Assembly (NCBI GenBank): GCA_963737265.1
Contig: CAVTRY010000022.1
Span: 160,001-224,000, forward strand
Length of the DNA: 64,000 nt
Direction of reading: 5' to 3'
DNA from: an uncultured delta proteobacterium
GTDB taxonomy: Bacteria; Myxococcota_A; Polyangia; Fen-1088
In this document: piece by piece, positions 11,208-21,575 of the stretch
Layout of the letters: each line of letters begins with the position of its first letter
Numbering within the stretch: the stretch's first letter is position 1
Made by a program: the position numbers and the translations under genes
Notes under the pieces: generated by a model
Seen by the model: the letters and a program-made list of their open reading frames with translations, nothing else
The model's database searches: none
What the model was told of the DNA's origin: nothing

Positions 11208-11224
11208 TGCCGTAGGCGTGCCAA
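11208..11224 (-). promoter_or_regulatory. candidate sigma-54 (-24/-12) promoter of the RRM gene
   Basis: Minus strand TTGGCACGCCTACGGCA: TGGCACG with GG-N10-GC spacing. Confidence 0.4.
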
Positions 11225-11442
11225 CCGGCCAGGACGGACGATGTGTCCTTATCAATGCCCGAATGAAGCCGCTCCTCGACAGCGTGCCAAGAATGGACCT
11301 GACCTACGGCTACCCACCGCACCGAGCCCTGGGTTTTCGGTCGGAAACAAGCGGCTCATGAACTGAGCACCGAGAAATGAACGGCCGGAAGACACCTGAG
11401 GGACTCGCTAAGTACTTTAACCCTACCAGACTTCGACGGGAA

Positions 11443-11475
11443 TTGTCTACTTTTGCGTTGTCTACTTTTGCGTTG
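11443..11475. repeat. 15-bp tandem duplication (TTGTCTACTTTTGCG x2)
   Basis: Two exact copies at 11443-11457 and 11458-11472, plus TTG. Confidence 0.85.
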
Positions 11476-11494
11476 GCCCTGTGCGGCGGCGGCG

Positions 11495-13336
11495 TCAGGG
11501 GACGCTAAAAGGACTGGTAAAATCGGTCGCTTGGCTGAAACCGCAGAATATCCGCCCGGGCCAGCCAGCTCGTACGCCATAGGGCGCGTAGTCCCTCAGT
11601 GGAAACGCCCAGTCGCAGCGCAGGACCTGCGCGTTCAATTGAGGAATGAGCATGCGCAGACCGAGGCCGGCGTCACTGTAGAGAGCAAGCCCTTGCACAG
11701 TGTTGGCGGCGTGTCCGGCATCCGCGAAGACCAGGCCACCCAAGCGCAACGAAGACAGGGAAACGGCGAGCGTCCGCAGCTCCATGTGGGCGAGATAGTA
11801 GTCATAGCCATAGAAGACATTGACCGGGTAACCGCGCAGTCCTTCGAGCCCGCCCACGAATACGCGGCCGAGATGAATGTTGTCGGTCACGAACCCAGCG
11901 GCCGCTGAAGCGACGACGCGAACTCGGCGCAACAGAACCGGCGTCGCCGCGTAAAGCTGGCCCTTGGTCAATTCGTCGCGCATCCCGTCGCTGTAGTCGC
12001 GGCCCTGCCAGGAAACGCCCAGGTGCTGAAATCCATCGAGAAGGCCGAGGTCGAGATGTGCCTCGGCCTTGAACAGGAAGAAGTCCTGTTCGGAGTCGAG
12101 CAAGGTGCTGGCGCGGCCGAGCCGGAGCGTCACCGATGGACCGAGCCGCTGGTCTTCCCCGAGATCGAAGGTATCGAGGTTGCGGTAGGTGCGGTAGACA
12201 GGCGTGAACGCGTCGTACTGAACATAAAGCGAGGAGGTTCGCTCCGACGGGCCGAAGTAGGTTTGCGCGAAACTCTGGCGCAACAACGGATCGCTGGGAA
12301 AGTCCGGCAAGAAAGATGGCCGATCCAGGCCGAACAGGTTGCCCACGGTGACCCGCTGAATGAGCCAAGAACGCGGAAACGATCGGGTCAGTCCCGAGGT
12401 GACGCCGCCATAGCGCAGCCGATAGGCACACGCCGCGCCGGAATCGCCGACGCTACCCGGGCTTTCGCACGTCGGAGCACCCAACGACGAGTCGAAGTGC
12501 GTGAGCTCGTTGTTCGCAATATCGCGAAAGACGTACGTGGTGTAGCTGCCATCGACGAAACCACCCCAGCGTTGCGACAGCGCGTAGAACGGGTATTCCA
12601 GGCGCAGCCAGGACGACGACCCCTCGCGCGGGCCGGCGGTAAGCTCGCCGATCTTGCGCGCCCAGATTTCATAAAACGCCGCCGTCAGGCGCAGGTGCGT
12701 ACCCAGCACGTTGGGATCGAGATAATTCGGACCAAGCCACATTTCACCTTGATCCATGATGAAAGCGATGGCGGCCTGCTTGCGCCAGCCGAAGAAGTTA
12801 TTTTCCGACAGGGACGCGCTCAAGGTGGGGAGATTGAGCGCGAAGAACTCGAAATTGTAGTTGGTATTGAAGCGCAAGCTCCACACGTCGCGCGTGACGA
12901 TGAGGATGTCCACGGTTCCGGGTGTCGCGGCCTGGACGGGCACCATGGCGACGATGCTCGACAACGGCGGATCGTTGGTGCTGTAGCTGTTTCGGTTGCG
13001 CAGGTTGCGCATGGTTTCGTCGACCAGCGCGGCGTCGTAGGGCATGCCAGGGAGCAGGATCGACTCGCGGCGGATGTGTTCTTCGCGCGTGGTGCGATGG
13101 AAGTGGTTGAACCACTCCAGCAGCCGCCCGTCGCTGGGCTGGAACACGTCCAGATTCACCACGCGTATGGCGCCGACAATCTTGCCCGCGGGTGCCGGAT
13201 CGATGGTCAGCCCGCGCGCAGCCAGCGCCACATCGACCGCGCCGCGCTCGAGCGTGCCCAAGTCGGCATAGCCCGCCGCTCGTGCGACGGTGGGCACCAG
13301 CACCAAGGCAAGCAGGGAGGCACACAGCGCACGCAT
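11495..13336 (-). CDS. Omp85/BamA-TamA family outer-membrane protein
   Basis: Signal peptide, POTRA-like segment (HRTTREEHIRRE...ETMRNLR), barrel motif LRGY, C-terminal GLGLR...DWAFP. Confidence 0.8.
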   Translation of the reverse strand: MRALCASLLALVLVPTVARAAGYADLGTLERGAVDVALAARGLTIDPAPAGKIVGAIRVVNLDVFQPSDGRLLEWFNHFHRTTREEHIRRESILLPGMPYDAALVDETMRNLRNRNSYSTNDPPLSSIVAMVPVQAATPGTVDILIVTRDVWSLRFNTNYNFEFFALNLPTLSASLSENNFFGWRKQAAIAFIMDQGEMWLGPNYLDPNVLGTHLRLTAAFYEIWARKIGELTAGPREGSSSWLRLEYPFYALSQRWGGFVDGSYTTYVFRDIANNELTHFDSSLGAPTCESPGSVGDSGAACAYRLRYGGVTSGLTRSFPRSWLIQRVTVGNLFGLDRPSFLPDFPSDPLLRQSFAQTYFGPSERTSSLYVQYDAFTPVYRTYRNLDTFDLGEDQRLGPSVTLRLGRASTLLDSEQDFFLFKAEAHLDLGLLDGFQHLGVSWQGRDYSDGMRDELTKGQLYAATPVLLRRVRVVASAAAGFVTDNIHLGRVFVGGLEGLRGYPVNVFYGYDYYLAHMELRTLAVSLSSLRLGGLVFADAGHAANTVQGLALYSDAGLGLRMLIPQLNAQVLRCDWAFPLRDYAPYGVRAGWPGRIFCGFSQATDFTSPFSVP

Positions 13337-13459
13337 CGTCGGTCATTCTATCCTCCGCCGCGTCGCCAAGTAGCGATTTTGGGCGATCTTCCCTCGACGA
13401 TCTGTCGGCAAGCATCGCTCGTTGTACTCTTGCTGTGAAGATGCCGGCCGAAACGAAGG

Positions 13460-15321
13460 ATGAGAATGGATGAGAACGATCCCAGCGCCACGTATGCGCA
13501 TTGCCTGGCCGAGGAGCGTGGGCACCTGGCTCGCCTGCGGCGCTGGCTGAATCTGCTTATCTGGCTTCGCATCGCCGACCTCTTGCTCTGCGTGGTCCTG
13601 ACCGGCGAGGCCTGCTCGCACGGCGGTCACTTGGGACTTGCGGCCGCGGCCAGCGCCCTGGCATTCGTGGGCCTTTCCATCGCCATTGTAATGGCGGAAC
13701 AGCGGGGGAAACGCCATGAGGCAGTGGTGCGCTATTGCGAAGAAGGTCAGGCGCGGGTGCAGGGGCGTCGCATGGCAGGAACACCCGACGGGCAACGCTT
13801 CGCCGATGCCGCCCATCCCTACGCGGCCGACCTGGACATCTTCGGGCCCGCTTCGGTCTTCGCACTTCTGTGTACCGCCAGGACCGGGACGGACAAGCGA
13901 CGTTGGCAACTTGGTTGACCCACGCGGCGCCGGTCGACGACATCGCCCAACGCCAGCGCGCCGTGGCCGAGCTGCGCGCCCGCCTTCCTTTGCGCCGGGA
14001 CTTGTGGCTTGCGGGCGGCACCGTGCGCGAACGCGTGCGCGAAGAGGCGCTCGAAGAATGGCTGGCTGGCCCGGTCAGCCGAGTTTCGCCGGCGCAGCGG
14101 ATCGCCACCGGCTTGGTCGGCGCGCTCGGCATTTTCGTGTTCTACGCATTCGCCAACCCTGCGGCGATCTCCGGCGCGCTGGCCATCGTGGTTGTTCAGC
14201 GCCTGCTGGCGCGAAAATACCGTCCCATAGCCCAGGTTGTGGAGGCGAAGGCATTCCAACGTGCCGAAGAGTTGCGCGTGATTGCCCGCCTGGCCGAGCG
14301 CCTGCGCGGCGAGCAGTTTTCCGACCCATACCTGCTTGCCCTGATGGCCGGCATCGCCGACGAGGGCAAACCCGCCAGTCGCCACATCTTCCACCTCGTG
14401 CGCCTGGTGGCTTGGCTGGAGTCCCGTCGCAACCCCATGTTCGGCCTGTTTGCCGGGTTGCTGCTGCTGCCCGAGCAATTGTGTTTCGCCATCGAATCCT
14501 GGCGCGCGCGGCACGCCACCGCCGCCTTGCGCTGGCTTGCGACCATTGGCGAGATGGAGGCCCTTTGCTCCCTCGCCACCTTCGCCTTCGAGCATCCGAG
14601 CTACCCGTTTCCCCACATTCTGCAAACCAGCGAGTCGCCTTGCGTGACGGCGGCTGCTTTGGGCCATCCCCTCATTCCGGCCGTTGCGCGCGTGAGTAAC
14701 GACGTGCGCCTCGATGCCATCTGCCGATTGCTGGTGGTCACGGGGTCGAACATGTCGGGCAAAAGCACGCTGCTGCGCACGGTGGGCGTGAACGCGGTGC
14801 TGGCCCTGGCCGGCGCGCCGGTGTGCGCGGCCAGCATGACCCTCACCCCGCTTCGCATCGGCGCCTCCTTGCGCGCCCAGGATTCCCTGGAAGCTGGCGT
14901 GTCGCGCTTCTTCGCCGAGATCAAACGCCTGCACGCGATCCTGTCTATTGCTGCGCAGACATCGGCGGCGCAGACGTCGGCGGCGCAGAAGCCACCGGTG
15001 CTTTTTCTACTCGACGAAATCCTCAACGGAACCAATTCGCAAGATCGCCGCGAAGGCGCCGAGGCCGTGATTCGCCTGCTGCTCGAGCGCGGCGCCATCG
15101 GCCTTATGACAACGCACGACCTGGCCCTAAGCGAGCTGGCCGCCACGCAAAGTAGTCCGGGCGCCAACGTGCATTTCCAGGACGCCCTGGAGGGCGACCG
15201 CCTGCTCTTCGACTTTCGGCTGAGGCCCGGCGTAGTCACGCGCAGGAACGCCCTCGATCTCATGCGCCTCATCGGCATCGACGTGAAGGGTAACGTCAAA
15301 CCACCGGGCGAAAGCGGGTAG
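13460..15321 (+). pseudogene. membrane-anchored MutS-related ATPase (MutS domain V), split by a frameshift near 13890
   Basis: ORF1 ends HPYAADLDIFGPASVFALLCTART. The second frame continues GQATLATWL...TGSNMSGKSTLLR, SRFFAEI, LDEILNGTNS, TTHDL. One base is apparently missing. Confidence 0.8.
14953..14990. repeat. in-frame 15-bp tandem repeat encoding AQTSA AQTSA AQK
   Basis: GCGCAGAC(A/G)TCGGCG x2.5 just before the Walker B motif. Confidence 0.8.
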
Positions 15322-15327
15322 CGAAAA

Positions 15328-15891
15328 TCACGCGGCGTCGCCCTTGGCGCGGCCCTGGGCACGCGTCCAAATGGTGAACCACTCTTCCTTGACGACCCCG
15401 GCCGCGCGCGCAACCTGCTTGTTGTCGAGCCCGGGCAGGCGCTCTTGCAGCGCCGTGAGCAGGCGGGATGCGACGGCAAGTCGATTGGGCACCACGCAGC
15501 TTTTGCCATCGGCGCCGTCGAGTACGAAGAACATGTCCTCGGCCGCCGGGCCGGCGCTGGTGGTTCGGATGCGGGCAGAAACGAGATCCGCCCAAGCAAC
15601 CGCTTCGCGACGCTCGCCCGCGCTACGCGTGACGCCCCAGGCGTCGATGGTCAGCGTGCCATCGAGCCGGTCGCGTCGCCGCGCCTCCGCCCGCGCCGCC
15701 ACGGCCCTCAGCCACGGCACCAGCGTGCACCCGACCGCAAGGGCAATGGCCAGCAGGGCCGTCTTCCAGCCCTGTCCCGTGCGAACAGCGCCAACCGTCG
15801 TCGCGATGGCGACCATCGCCGTCACGGCCCAGACAAGCGCGCCCAAGCTTAGATGTTGCGCGATCCACGTTTTCGTAACTCTCCAGGACAC
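15328..15891 (-). CDS. hypothetical membrane protein (two TM helices plus PH-like soluble domain)
   Basis: Two hydrophobic helices, then VAWADL...IRTTSAGPAAEDMFFVL. Start uncertain (15891 or 15936). Confidence 0.6.
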   Translation of the reverse strand: MSWRVTKTWIAQHLSLGALVWAVTAMVAIATTVGAVRTGQGWKTALLAIALAVGCTLVPWLRAVAARAEARRRDRLDGTLTIDAWGVTRSAGERREAVAWADLVSARIRTTSAGPAAEDMFFVLDGADGKSCVVPNRLAVASRLLTALQERLPGLDNKQVARAAGVVKEEWFTIWTRAQGRAKGDAA

Positions 15892-15964
15892 CGTTTCGGC
15901 CTTCCGATTTTGGCGGCCGGACGTCAGCACATTCACGCCGTCGCGTCCAGCAGCGAAGCGCGCT

Positions 15965-17023
15965 CTAAAGAGCTGCCACCACGGCTTGGCCGGCTTCGAC
16001 GGTGGCTGCGGGCTGGCTGCCGGCGGGGGCGATGTCGGCGGGCAGCACGCCGCGTTCGACCACGCTGTAGACCGCCTTCTCGATGGCGGCGGCTTCGGCT
16101 TCCAAGCCGAGCGAGTGGCGCAGCAGCATGGCGGTGCTGAGGATGGTGGCATAGGGGTTGGCGATGCCTTTGCCAGCGATGTCGGGGGCGCTACCGTGGA
16201 TGGGCTCGTAAAGGCCGCGCTTGCCTTCGCCGAGCGACGCCGAGGGCAGCAGGCCCATCGATCCGGCCAGCACGGAGGCTTCGTCGGTGAGAATGTCGCC
16301 GAACATGTTCTCGGTCACGATGACGTCGAACGAGGCGGGCTTGCGCACGAGGTACATGGCGCAGGCGTCGACCAAGATGTGTTCGAGGGTGATGTCGGGG
16401 AATTCCTTGCGGACCACTTCCTCGGTCACGCGGCGCCACAGGCGCGAGGTTTCGAGCACGTTGGCCTTGTCGACCGAGGTTAGCTTCTTGCGCCGGCCGC
16501 GCGCGAACTCGGCCGCGCGGCGGACCACGCGGCGAACCTCGTCGGCGGTGTAGAGGCAAAGGTCGCTGGCCCAATCGGCGGACTTCTTTTTCTCGCCGAA
16601 GTAGATGCCACCGGTCAGCTCGCGCACCACGAGCAGGTCCACGCCCTTGATGACCTCGGGGCGCAAGGTCGACGCGTCCACCAGCTTGGGGTGAATGGTG
16701 AACGGGCGCAGATTGGCGTAGAGGCCGAGCTCGCGTCGGATGGCGAGCAAGCCCTGCTCGGGCCGCACCGCTGCGTTGGGATCGTCCCATTTGGGGCCGC
16801 CTACCGCGCCCAGCAAGACGGCGTCGCACGATTTGCACAAGGCCGTGGTTTCCGCTGGCAGGGCTGTGCCGGTCTTGTCGATGGCGCAGCCGCCGATGAG
16901 CCCGTCGCGAAACTCGATCTGGTGGCCGAATTTGGCGGCCACCGCCTGCAGCACGCGCACGCCTTGGGCGGTAACCTCGGGGCCGATGCCGTCGCCGGCC
17001 AGAACTGCAATCGTGGATTTCAT
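15965..17023 (-). CDS. leuB: 3-isopropylmalate dehydrogenase
   Basis: [45 protein letters not shown]. Confidence 0.97.
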   Translation of the reverse strand: MKSTIAVLAGDGIGPEVTAQGVRVLQAVAAKFGHQIEFRDGLIGGCAIDKTGTALPAETTALCKSCDAVLLGAVGGPKWDDPNAAVRPEQGLLAIRRELGLYANLRPFTIHPKLVDASTLRPEVIKGVDLLVVRELTGGIYFGEKKKSADWASDLCLYTADEVRRVVRRAAEFARGRRKKLTSVDKANVLETSRLWRRVTEEVVRKEFPDITLEHILVDACAMYLVRKPASFDVIVTENMFGDILTDEASVLAGSMGLLPSASLGEGKRGLYEPIHGSAPDIAGKGIANPYATILSTAMLLRHSLGLEAEAAAIEKAVYSVVERGVLPADIAPAGSQPAATVEAGQAVVAAL

Positions 17024-17048
17024 GGCCAGGTCTTTACCACGCCTGGTA

Positions 17049-18692
17049 CTAGCCGCGAAACGCTTGCGCGACTGGGTAACGGCGGCCGGTGCCGAACGCC
17101 TTGCCGGTGATCTTGAGACCGGGTGGCAGCTGGCGGCGCTTGTATTCGGACAGGCGCACCAGGCGCAGGACCTTGTCGACCACGGCGCGCTCGAAGCCCG
17201 CCTTGACCAGCGCCTCGGTGTCGAGGCCTTCTTCCACGTGGGCGGCCAGGATGGCGTCGAGCACGTCGTAGGGAGGCAGGCTGTCCTGGTCGACCTGATT
17301 GGGACGCAGCTCGGCCGACGGCGGCTTGCTCAGTGTCGACTCGGGAATGGCCGGACCGTCGGCATTGATCTCGCGCGCGATCTTGTAGACCCAGGTTTTG
17401 GGGACATCCGAGATCACGGCCAAGCCACCGTTGGTGTCGCCGTAGAGGGTGCAGTAGCCGGTGGCGATCTCGCTTTTGTTGCCGGTGGAAAGCAGCAGCT
17501 TGCCGAACTTGTTGGACAGCGCCATGAGCAGACCGCCGCGGATGCGCGCTTGCAAATTCTCCTCGGTCACGTCGGACGCGCGTCCGGCGAAGGCGGGTGC
17601 CAGAGATTCCAAATATGCCGCGAACATGGGCTCGATGGCGATTTCGCGAAACTCGATACCGAGGTTTTCCGCCAAACGGGCGGCGTCGCGGCGCGAGTGT
17701 TCGGACGAATAGCGCGACGGCATGGCCACGCCGAGTACGTGGGCCGGGCCGAGCGCGCGGCTGGCGATGCACGCGACGACTGCGGAATCGATGCCGCCGG
17801 AAAGCCCGATGAGCGCGCCCTCGAAACCACAGCGGCGGGCGTAGTCGCGCGTGCCCAGCACCAGCGCTTCGAGCGCCGAGCGCGCGTCGGATTCGACCAC
17901 CGGACGCCTGTCGCCGGCGCCGCTGTCGACATCGACCACGACGAGATCGGCGGCGTGCTCCGCCGCCCGCGCGATCTCGTCGCCCTTCGCGCTCACGGCC
18001 AAGCTCGATCCGTCGAAGATCAAATCGTCCTGGCCGCCCACCTGGTTCACGAACACCAGCGGGCGTTGCCAGTGGCGCGCCACGGACGCCAGCATACGCG
18101 GGCGCAGGTGGCGTTTCTCGACGGTGTAGGGCGACGCCGCGATGTTGATCAGCAGATCCGCGCCCGCCGCCACCAACTCCTCGATGGGATCCTCGCGGTA
18201 CAGACGGTGGGGCCAGAAATCGCCGTCGTTCCAGATGTCCTCGCAGATGGAAATGCCGAGATTGCGCCCGCGGAAGGGCACCGGCGCGACGGTGGTGGCG
18301 GGTTCGAAGTAGCGCCATTCATCGAAGACGTCGTAGGTGGGCAAGAGCGACTTGCGCCGGATCGCGACGATCTTGCCGTCGACGATGAGCGCGGCCGAGT
18401 TGGCGATGCGGCGGCCGGCCGTGTTCTCGGGCAACACCTCGGGAAAACCCAGCAGCACCGCTGTCGTGCCTTGCACGCTGGCTACCAGGCTGGCGAGGGC
18501 GCGCGAGCTGGCGGCGAGAAAGGCGTCGCGTTCGAGCAGATCGCGCGGGGGATAGCCGCAAAGAGCGAGCTCGGGCAAGACCAGCAAGTCGGCGTCCGCG
18601 GTCTGCGCGCCCGCCAGAGCCTGGCGGATGAGACGAAGATTTCCCTCGAAGTCGCCGAGGGTGGGGTTGAGCTGGCCGAGCGCGATTTTCAC
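17049..18692 (-). CDS. nadE: glutamine-dependent NAD+ synthetase
   Basis: Nitrilase domain (PEL, K, ICEDIW) plus [34 protein letters not shown]. Confidence 0.96.
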   Translation of the reverse strand: MKIALGQLNPTLGDFEGNLRLIRQALAGAQTADADLLVLPELALCGYPPRDLLERDAFLAASSRALASLVASVQGTTAVLLGFPEVLPENTAGRRIANSAALIVDGKIVAIRRKSLLPTYDVFDEWRYFEPATTVAPVPFRGRNLGISICEDIWNDGDFWPHRLYREDPIEELVAAGADLLINIAASPYTVEKRHLRPRMLASVARHWQRPLVFVNQVGGQDDLIFDGSSLAVSAKGDEIARAAEHAADLVVVDVDSGAGDRRPVVESDARSALEALVLGTRDYARRCGFEGALIGLSGGIDSAVVACIASRALGPAHVLGVAMPSRYSSEHSRRDAARLAENLGIEFREIAIEPMFAAYLESLAPAFAGRASDVTEENLQARIRGGLLMALSNKFGKLLLSTGNKSEIATGYCTLYGDTNGGLAVISDVPKTWVYKIAREINADGPAIPESTLSKPPSAELRPNQVDQDSLPPYDVLDAILAAHVEEGLDTEALVKAGFERAVVDKVLRLVRLSEYKRRQLPPGLKITGKAFGTGRRYPVAQAFRG

Positions 18693-18702
18693 GTTGCGGA
18701 CT

Positions 18703-19830
18703 TTACCGCGCCTGATAGCCAATGGCTTCTAAAGCCGCATCGTTTAAGGCCGGGCGCAACGCCCGGAAACGGGGATCGTCGCGCACCTCGGGATGGATGC
18801 GGTTGCACAAGACGACGACGCAGGTTTCCTGCTCGGGATCGATCCACAGTGAACAGCCGGTAAACGACAGGTGACCGACGGCGCGGCGGGAAAGTAACGA
18901 GCCGGCGAGCGATCCCGTCGCGGCTGGTCCATCCCAGCCGAGACGCCAGGTGGAGCCGGGAATGCCCGCCGGTTGCCAGAACAGGCGCAGGACCTCGGGC
19001 GATACGATTGGAGGCGCGCCCGCGACACCGGCGCCGCGGTAGGCGGCGATCAGCGCGAACGAAAGATGTAGAAGATCGTTTGCATTGGCAAACAATCCCG
19101 CGTGCCCCGCGACCCCGCCCATGGCATAGGCATTGAGGTCATGGACCTCGCCCAACACCAACCTGCCGCGCACAGGACAGCGCTCTGTCGGGGCCACGTC
19201 GCGTCCGTGGAAGCTGGCTTGAGCGCCGTCGGCGAGGATGTCCACGAAGCCGGTACTGGCCAGCTGCAACGGCCTAAAGAGCAGCCCGTCCGCCAGCACA
19301 TCGAGGCGCGTGCCCATGCTCTCTTCGAGCAGCTCGCCGAGCAGGATGAAGCCCAGATCCGAGTAGATCGACCGGCTCCCGGCGGCATAGACCGCAGGCT
19401 CCATTGCCGCTCTTCGTACGATCGCCCGACGACCCTCAGGGCGAAGTTCCACCCCGTTCGCCATGGCCTCGTAGAGCTTGCGATGCGCGGGAAAGCCGGC
19501 GGCGTGGGCCAGGGTTCGCCTCAAACTGACCTCGGGCCGGTGGGCCAGGATTTCGAGGTGGTCGCCGAGCGGCCGATCCAAATGCAAGAGCCCGTCGCCC
19601 ACGCCGCGCATGACCAGCAAGCCAGTCACCAGCGCCTTGGTCAGCGATGCCAGGTCGTAGACCGTGTCAGCGGTTGCCTCGTGGGGCTCGGGCTCGACCT
19701 GGCGATAGCCGAACGCAGCAAGAAGACGCACCTGACCCGCCTGGCCTACCGCAACAACCAGCCCCGGAATGACGCCTTCTTGGATCGCCTCTAGCGCGAC
19801 ACGGCCTAGGCTATTGAATTCAGACGCCAT
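18703..19830 (-). CDS. serine hydrolase, beta-lactamase class C family
   Basis: DLASLTK (SxxK), YSDLGF, GEVHDLNA, GHAGLF, GHLSFTG. Confidence 0.9.
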   Translation of the reverse strand: MASEFNSLGRVALEAIQEGVIPGLVVAVGQAGQVRLLAAFGYRQVEPEPHEATADTVYDLASLTKALVTGLLVMRGVGDGLLHLDRPLGDHLEILAHRPEVSLRRTLAHAAGFPAHRKLYEAMANGVELRPEGRRAIVRRAAMEPAVYAAGSRSIYSDLGFILLGELLEESMGTRLDVLADGLLFRPLQLASTGFVDILADGAQASFHGRDVAPTERCPVRGRLVLGEVHDLNAYAMGGVAGHAGLFANANDLLHLSFALIAAYRGAGVAGAPPIVSPEVLRLFWQPAGIPGSTWRLGWDGPAATGSLAGSLLSRRAVGHLSFTGCSLWIDPEQETCVVVLCNRIHPEVRDDPRFRALRPALNDAALEAIGYQAR

Positions 19831-19896
19831 CCGACGCAAGTTAGCAGTTTTCAGATTGCCCATGAGAGCCATTCAGATCCTCCGAGAAGTCCAGCC

Positions 19897-21564
19897 ATGA
19901 ACGGTTCAACGCCGGCCAAGGGATCGTCCGCGCTCGCGTCGGCGCGCGTGCGCATCGGGCACTACGAGCTCTTCGATCGATTCGCCGTGGGGGCGATGGC
20001 CGAGCTCTATCTCGGGCGGGCTCGCGGCGAGGAGGGCTTTGAAAAACCGGTGGCTATCAAGCGCATCCTGCCTCGCTTGGCCGAGGATGCGCGCTTCGCC
20101 CAGATGCTGCAAACCGAGGCGCGCATTCACGCCTCGCTTTCGCACAAGAACATCGTGCAGATCCACGACCTCGGCATTTCCTCCGAGGGCGAATACTTCA
20201 TTGTCCTCGAATACGTAGACGGGCGCGATTTGGGTGCGCTGCTCGAAAGCGTAGCCAAGAACCCGAAGTCGACCGCCAACAAGCGGCTCGACGATGCGGT
20301 CGGCCTCTACATCATGAGCGAGCTTGGCGAGGGCGTGCATTTCGCGCATGAGTCGCGCGGCGGCGACGGCAAGCCCTTGGGGCTCGTTCATCGCGACATT
20401 TCGCCGACTAATGTGCTTCTGTCCTATGCCGGCGAGGTGAAACTGTCCGACTTCGGCGTCGCCAAGCGCAACACCGATCATTCCGTGGTTACGTCGCTCA
20501 AAGGCGAGCTTGGCTATATGTCGCCCGAACAAGCCCGCGGCGCGGCGACGGACAGGCGCAGCGACATTTTCTCCCTGGGCGCCATCGCCTTCGAGCTTTT
20601 CACCGGAAGCCCGCTGCGCCACCTGACCGACAGCCCGGACGACTACCTGAAGGCGGCGTCGGGCATCGTGGCCTCGCCCACACGCTACCGGCCTGACATT
20701 TCGTCATCTATCGAACGGGTGCTTGCGGGCGCATTGGCGCCCGATCCGCGCGATCGTTTCGCCGACGCACGCCTGTTCGTCGATGCCTGTCGCGAAGCCC
20801 TTGCCGTCATCCCGCGGCCCAGCCGGGGCGAGCCGGGCGAGCTTAGGGATCTACTCGCCACGCTGCTTCCACCGGGGGCAAAGGCTCCCCACAAGGTGCC
20901 GTCCAAGGTCATCAGTCTGATGCCCAGCATGTGGGAGGACGTGACGGTGCCCGACGGAATCCCGCTGCCTCTTCCAGGTGCGCACCCCGCGGTCGGGCCT
21001 GTGGTTCATCCGACGCAACCGCCGCCTGTGCCGTTGAATCTGGCCGACGACACCACGCCGGACTTGGCACTGTTGACACCGCGTACGCCAGCCGACGAGA
21101 ACGGGCTGCCGCGACCACTCACCCGAGAATTTGCCCGGCCGCCAGCAGCTTCGATGGCCGCCCGGACAGCGGCGATGGGCAAGCGGAGCTCGCTGCGGGC
21201 CGTGCGCAAACACCACAACGGCGCGTGGGCCGGACTCATCGTCGTCGCACTGCTTTTGGGCGCGCTGACGTCGATCCACTTCTACGTGATGCCGCTGCCC
21301 GTGGCGGCGGTCTATTTTCGCCCGGCGTTTGTCATCGTCACGTCGGAGCCGCGTAACGCCGACGTCTACCTCGACGGGAAAAAGGCGCTGGGCGCCACCC
21401 CGGCAGTGCTGGAAGTCCGGCGCGACCATCAGGAACATGTCGTCGAGGTTCGCAAGGACGGCTTCGGGCCCGCGAGCCGGACGCTGCGCTACGACCGGCA
21501 GGTCGCTCTCAAGGTTTCCCTTCCGCTCGTGCCCGCGCGAGACACCCAGCCACGAGAGCAGTAG
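19897..21564 (+). CDS. membrane Ser/Thr protein kinase with C-terminal PEGA domain
   Basis: VAIKR, HRDISPTN, SDFG, YMSPEQ; Pro-rich linker, TM helix, SEP..A.VYLDG PEGA. Confidence 0.93.
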   Translation: MNGSTPAKGSSALASARVRIGHYELFDRFAVGAMAELYLGRARGEEGFEKPVAIKRILPRLAEDARFAQMLQTEARIHASLSHKNIVQIHDLGISSEGEYFIVLEYVDGRDLGALLESVAKNPKSTANKRLDDAVGLYIMSELGEGVHFAHESRGGDGKPLGLVHRDISPTNVLLSYAGEVKLSDFGVAKRNTDHSVVTSLKGELGYMSPEQARGAATDRRSDIFSLGAIAFELFTGSPLRHLTDSPDDYLKAASGIVASPTRYRPDISSSIERVLAGALAPDPRDRFADARLFVDACREALAVIPRPSRGEPGELRDLLATLLPPGAKAPHKVPSKVISLMPSMWEDVTVPDGIPLPLPGAHPAVGPVVHPTQPPPVPLNLADDTTPDLALLTPRTPADENGLPRPLTREFARPPAASMAARTAAMGKRSSLRAVRKHHNGAWAGLIVVALLLGALTSIHFYVMPLPVAAVYFRPAFVIVTSEPRNADVYLDGKKALGATPAVLEVRRDHQEHVVEVRKDGFGPASRTLRYDRQVALKVSLPLVPARDTQPREQ

Positions 21565-21575
21565 AAGAAGCGGGC

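Noticed and set aside
16740-18863. 707-aa + strand ORF and similar long antisense ORFs (4266-5828, 12023-13438, 24983-26590, 31924-34098)
   Set aside because: Shadow frames of well-supported opposite-strand genes in high-GC DNA; no motifs.
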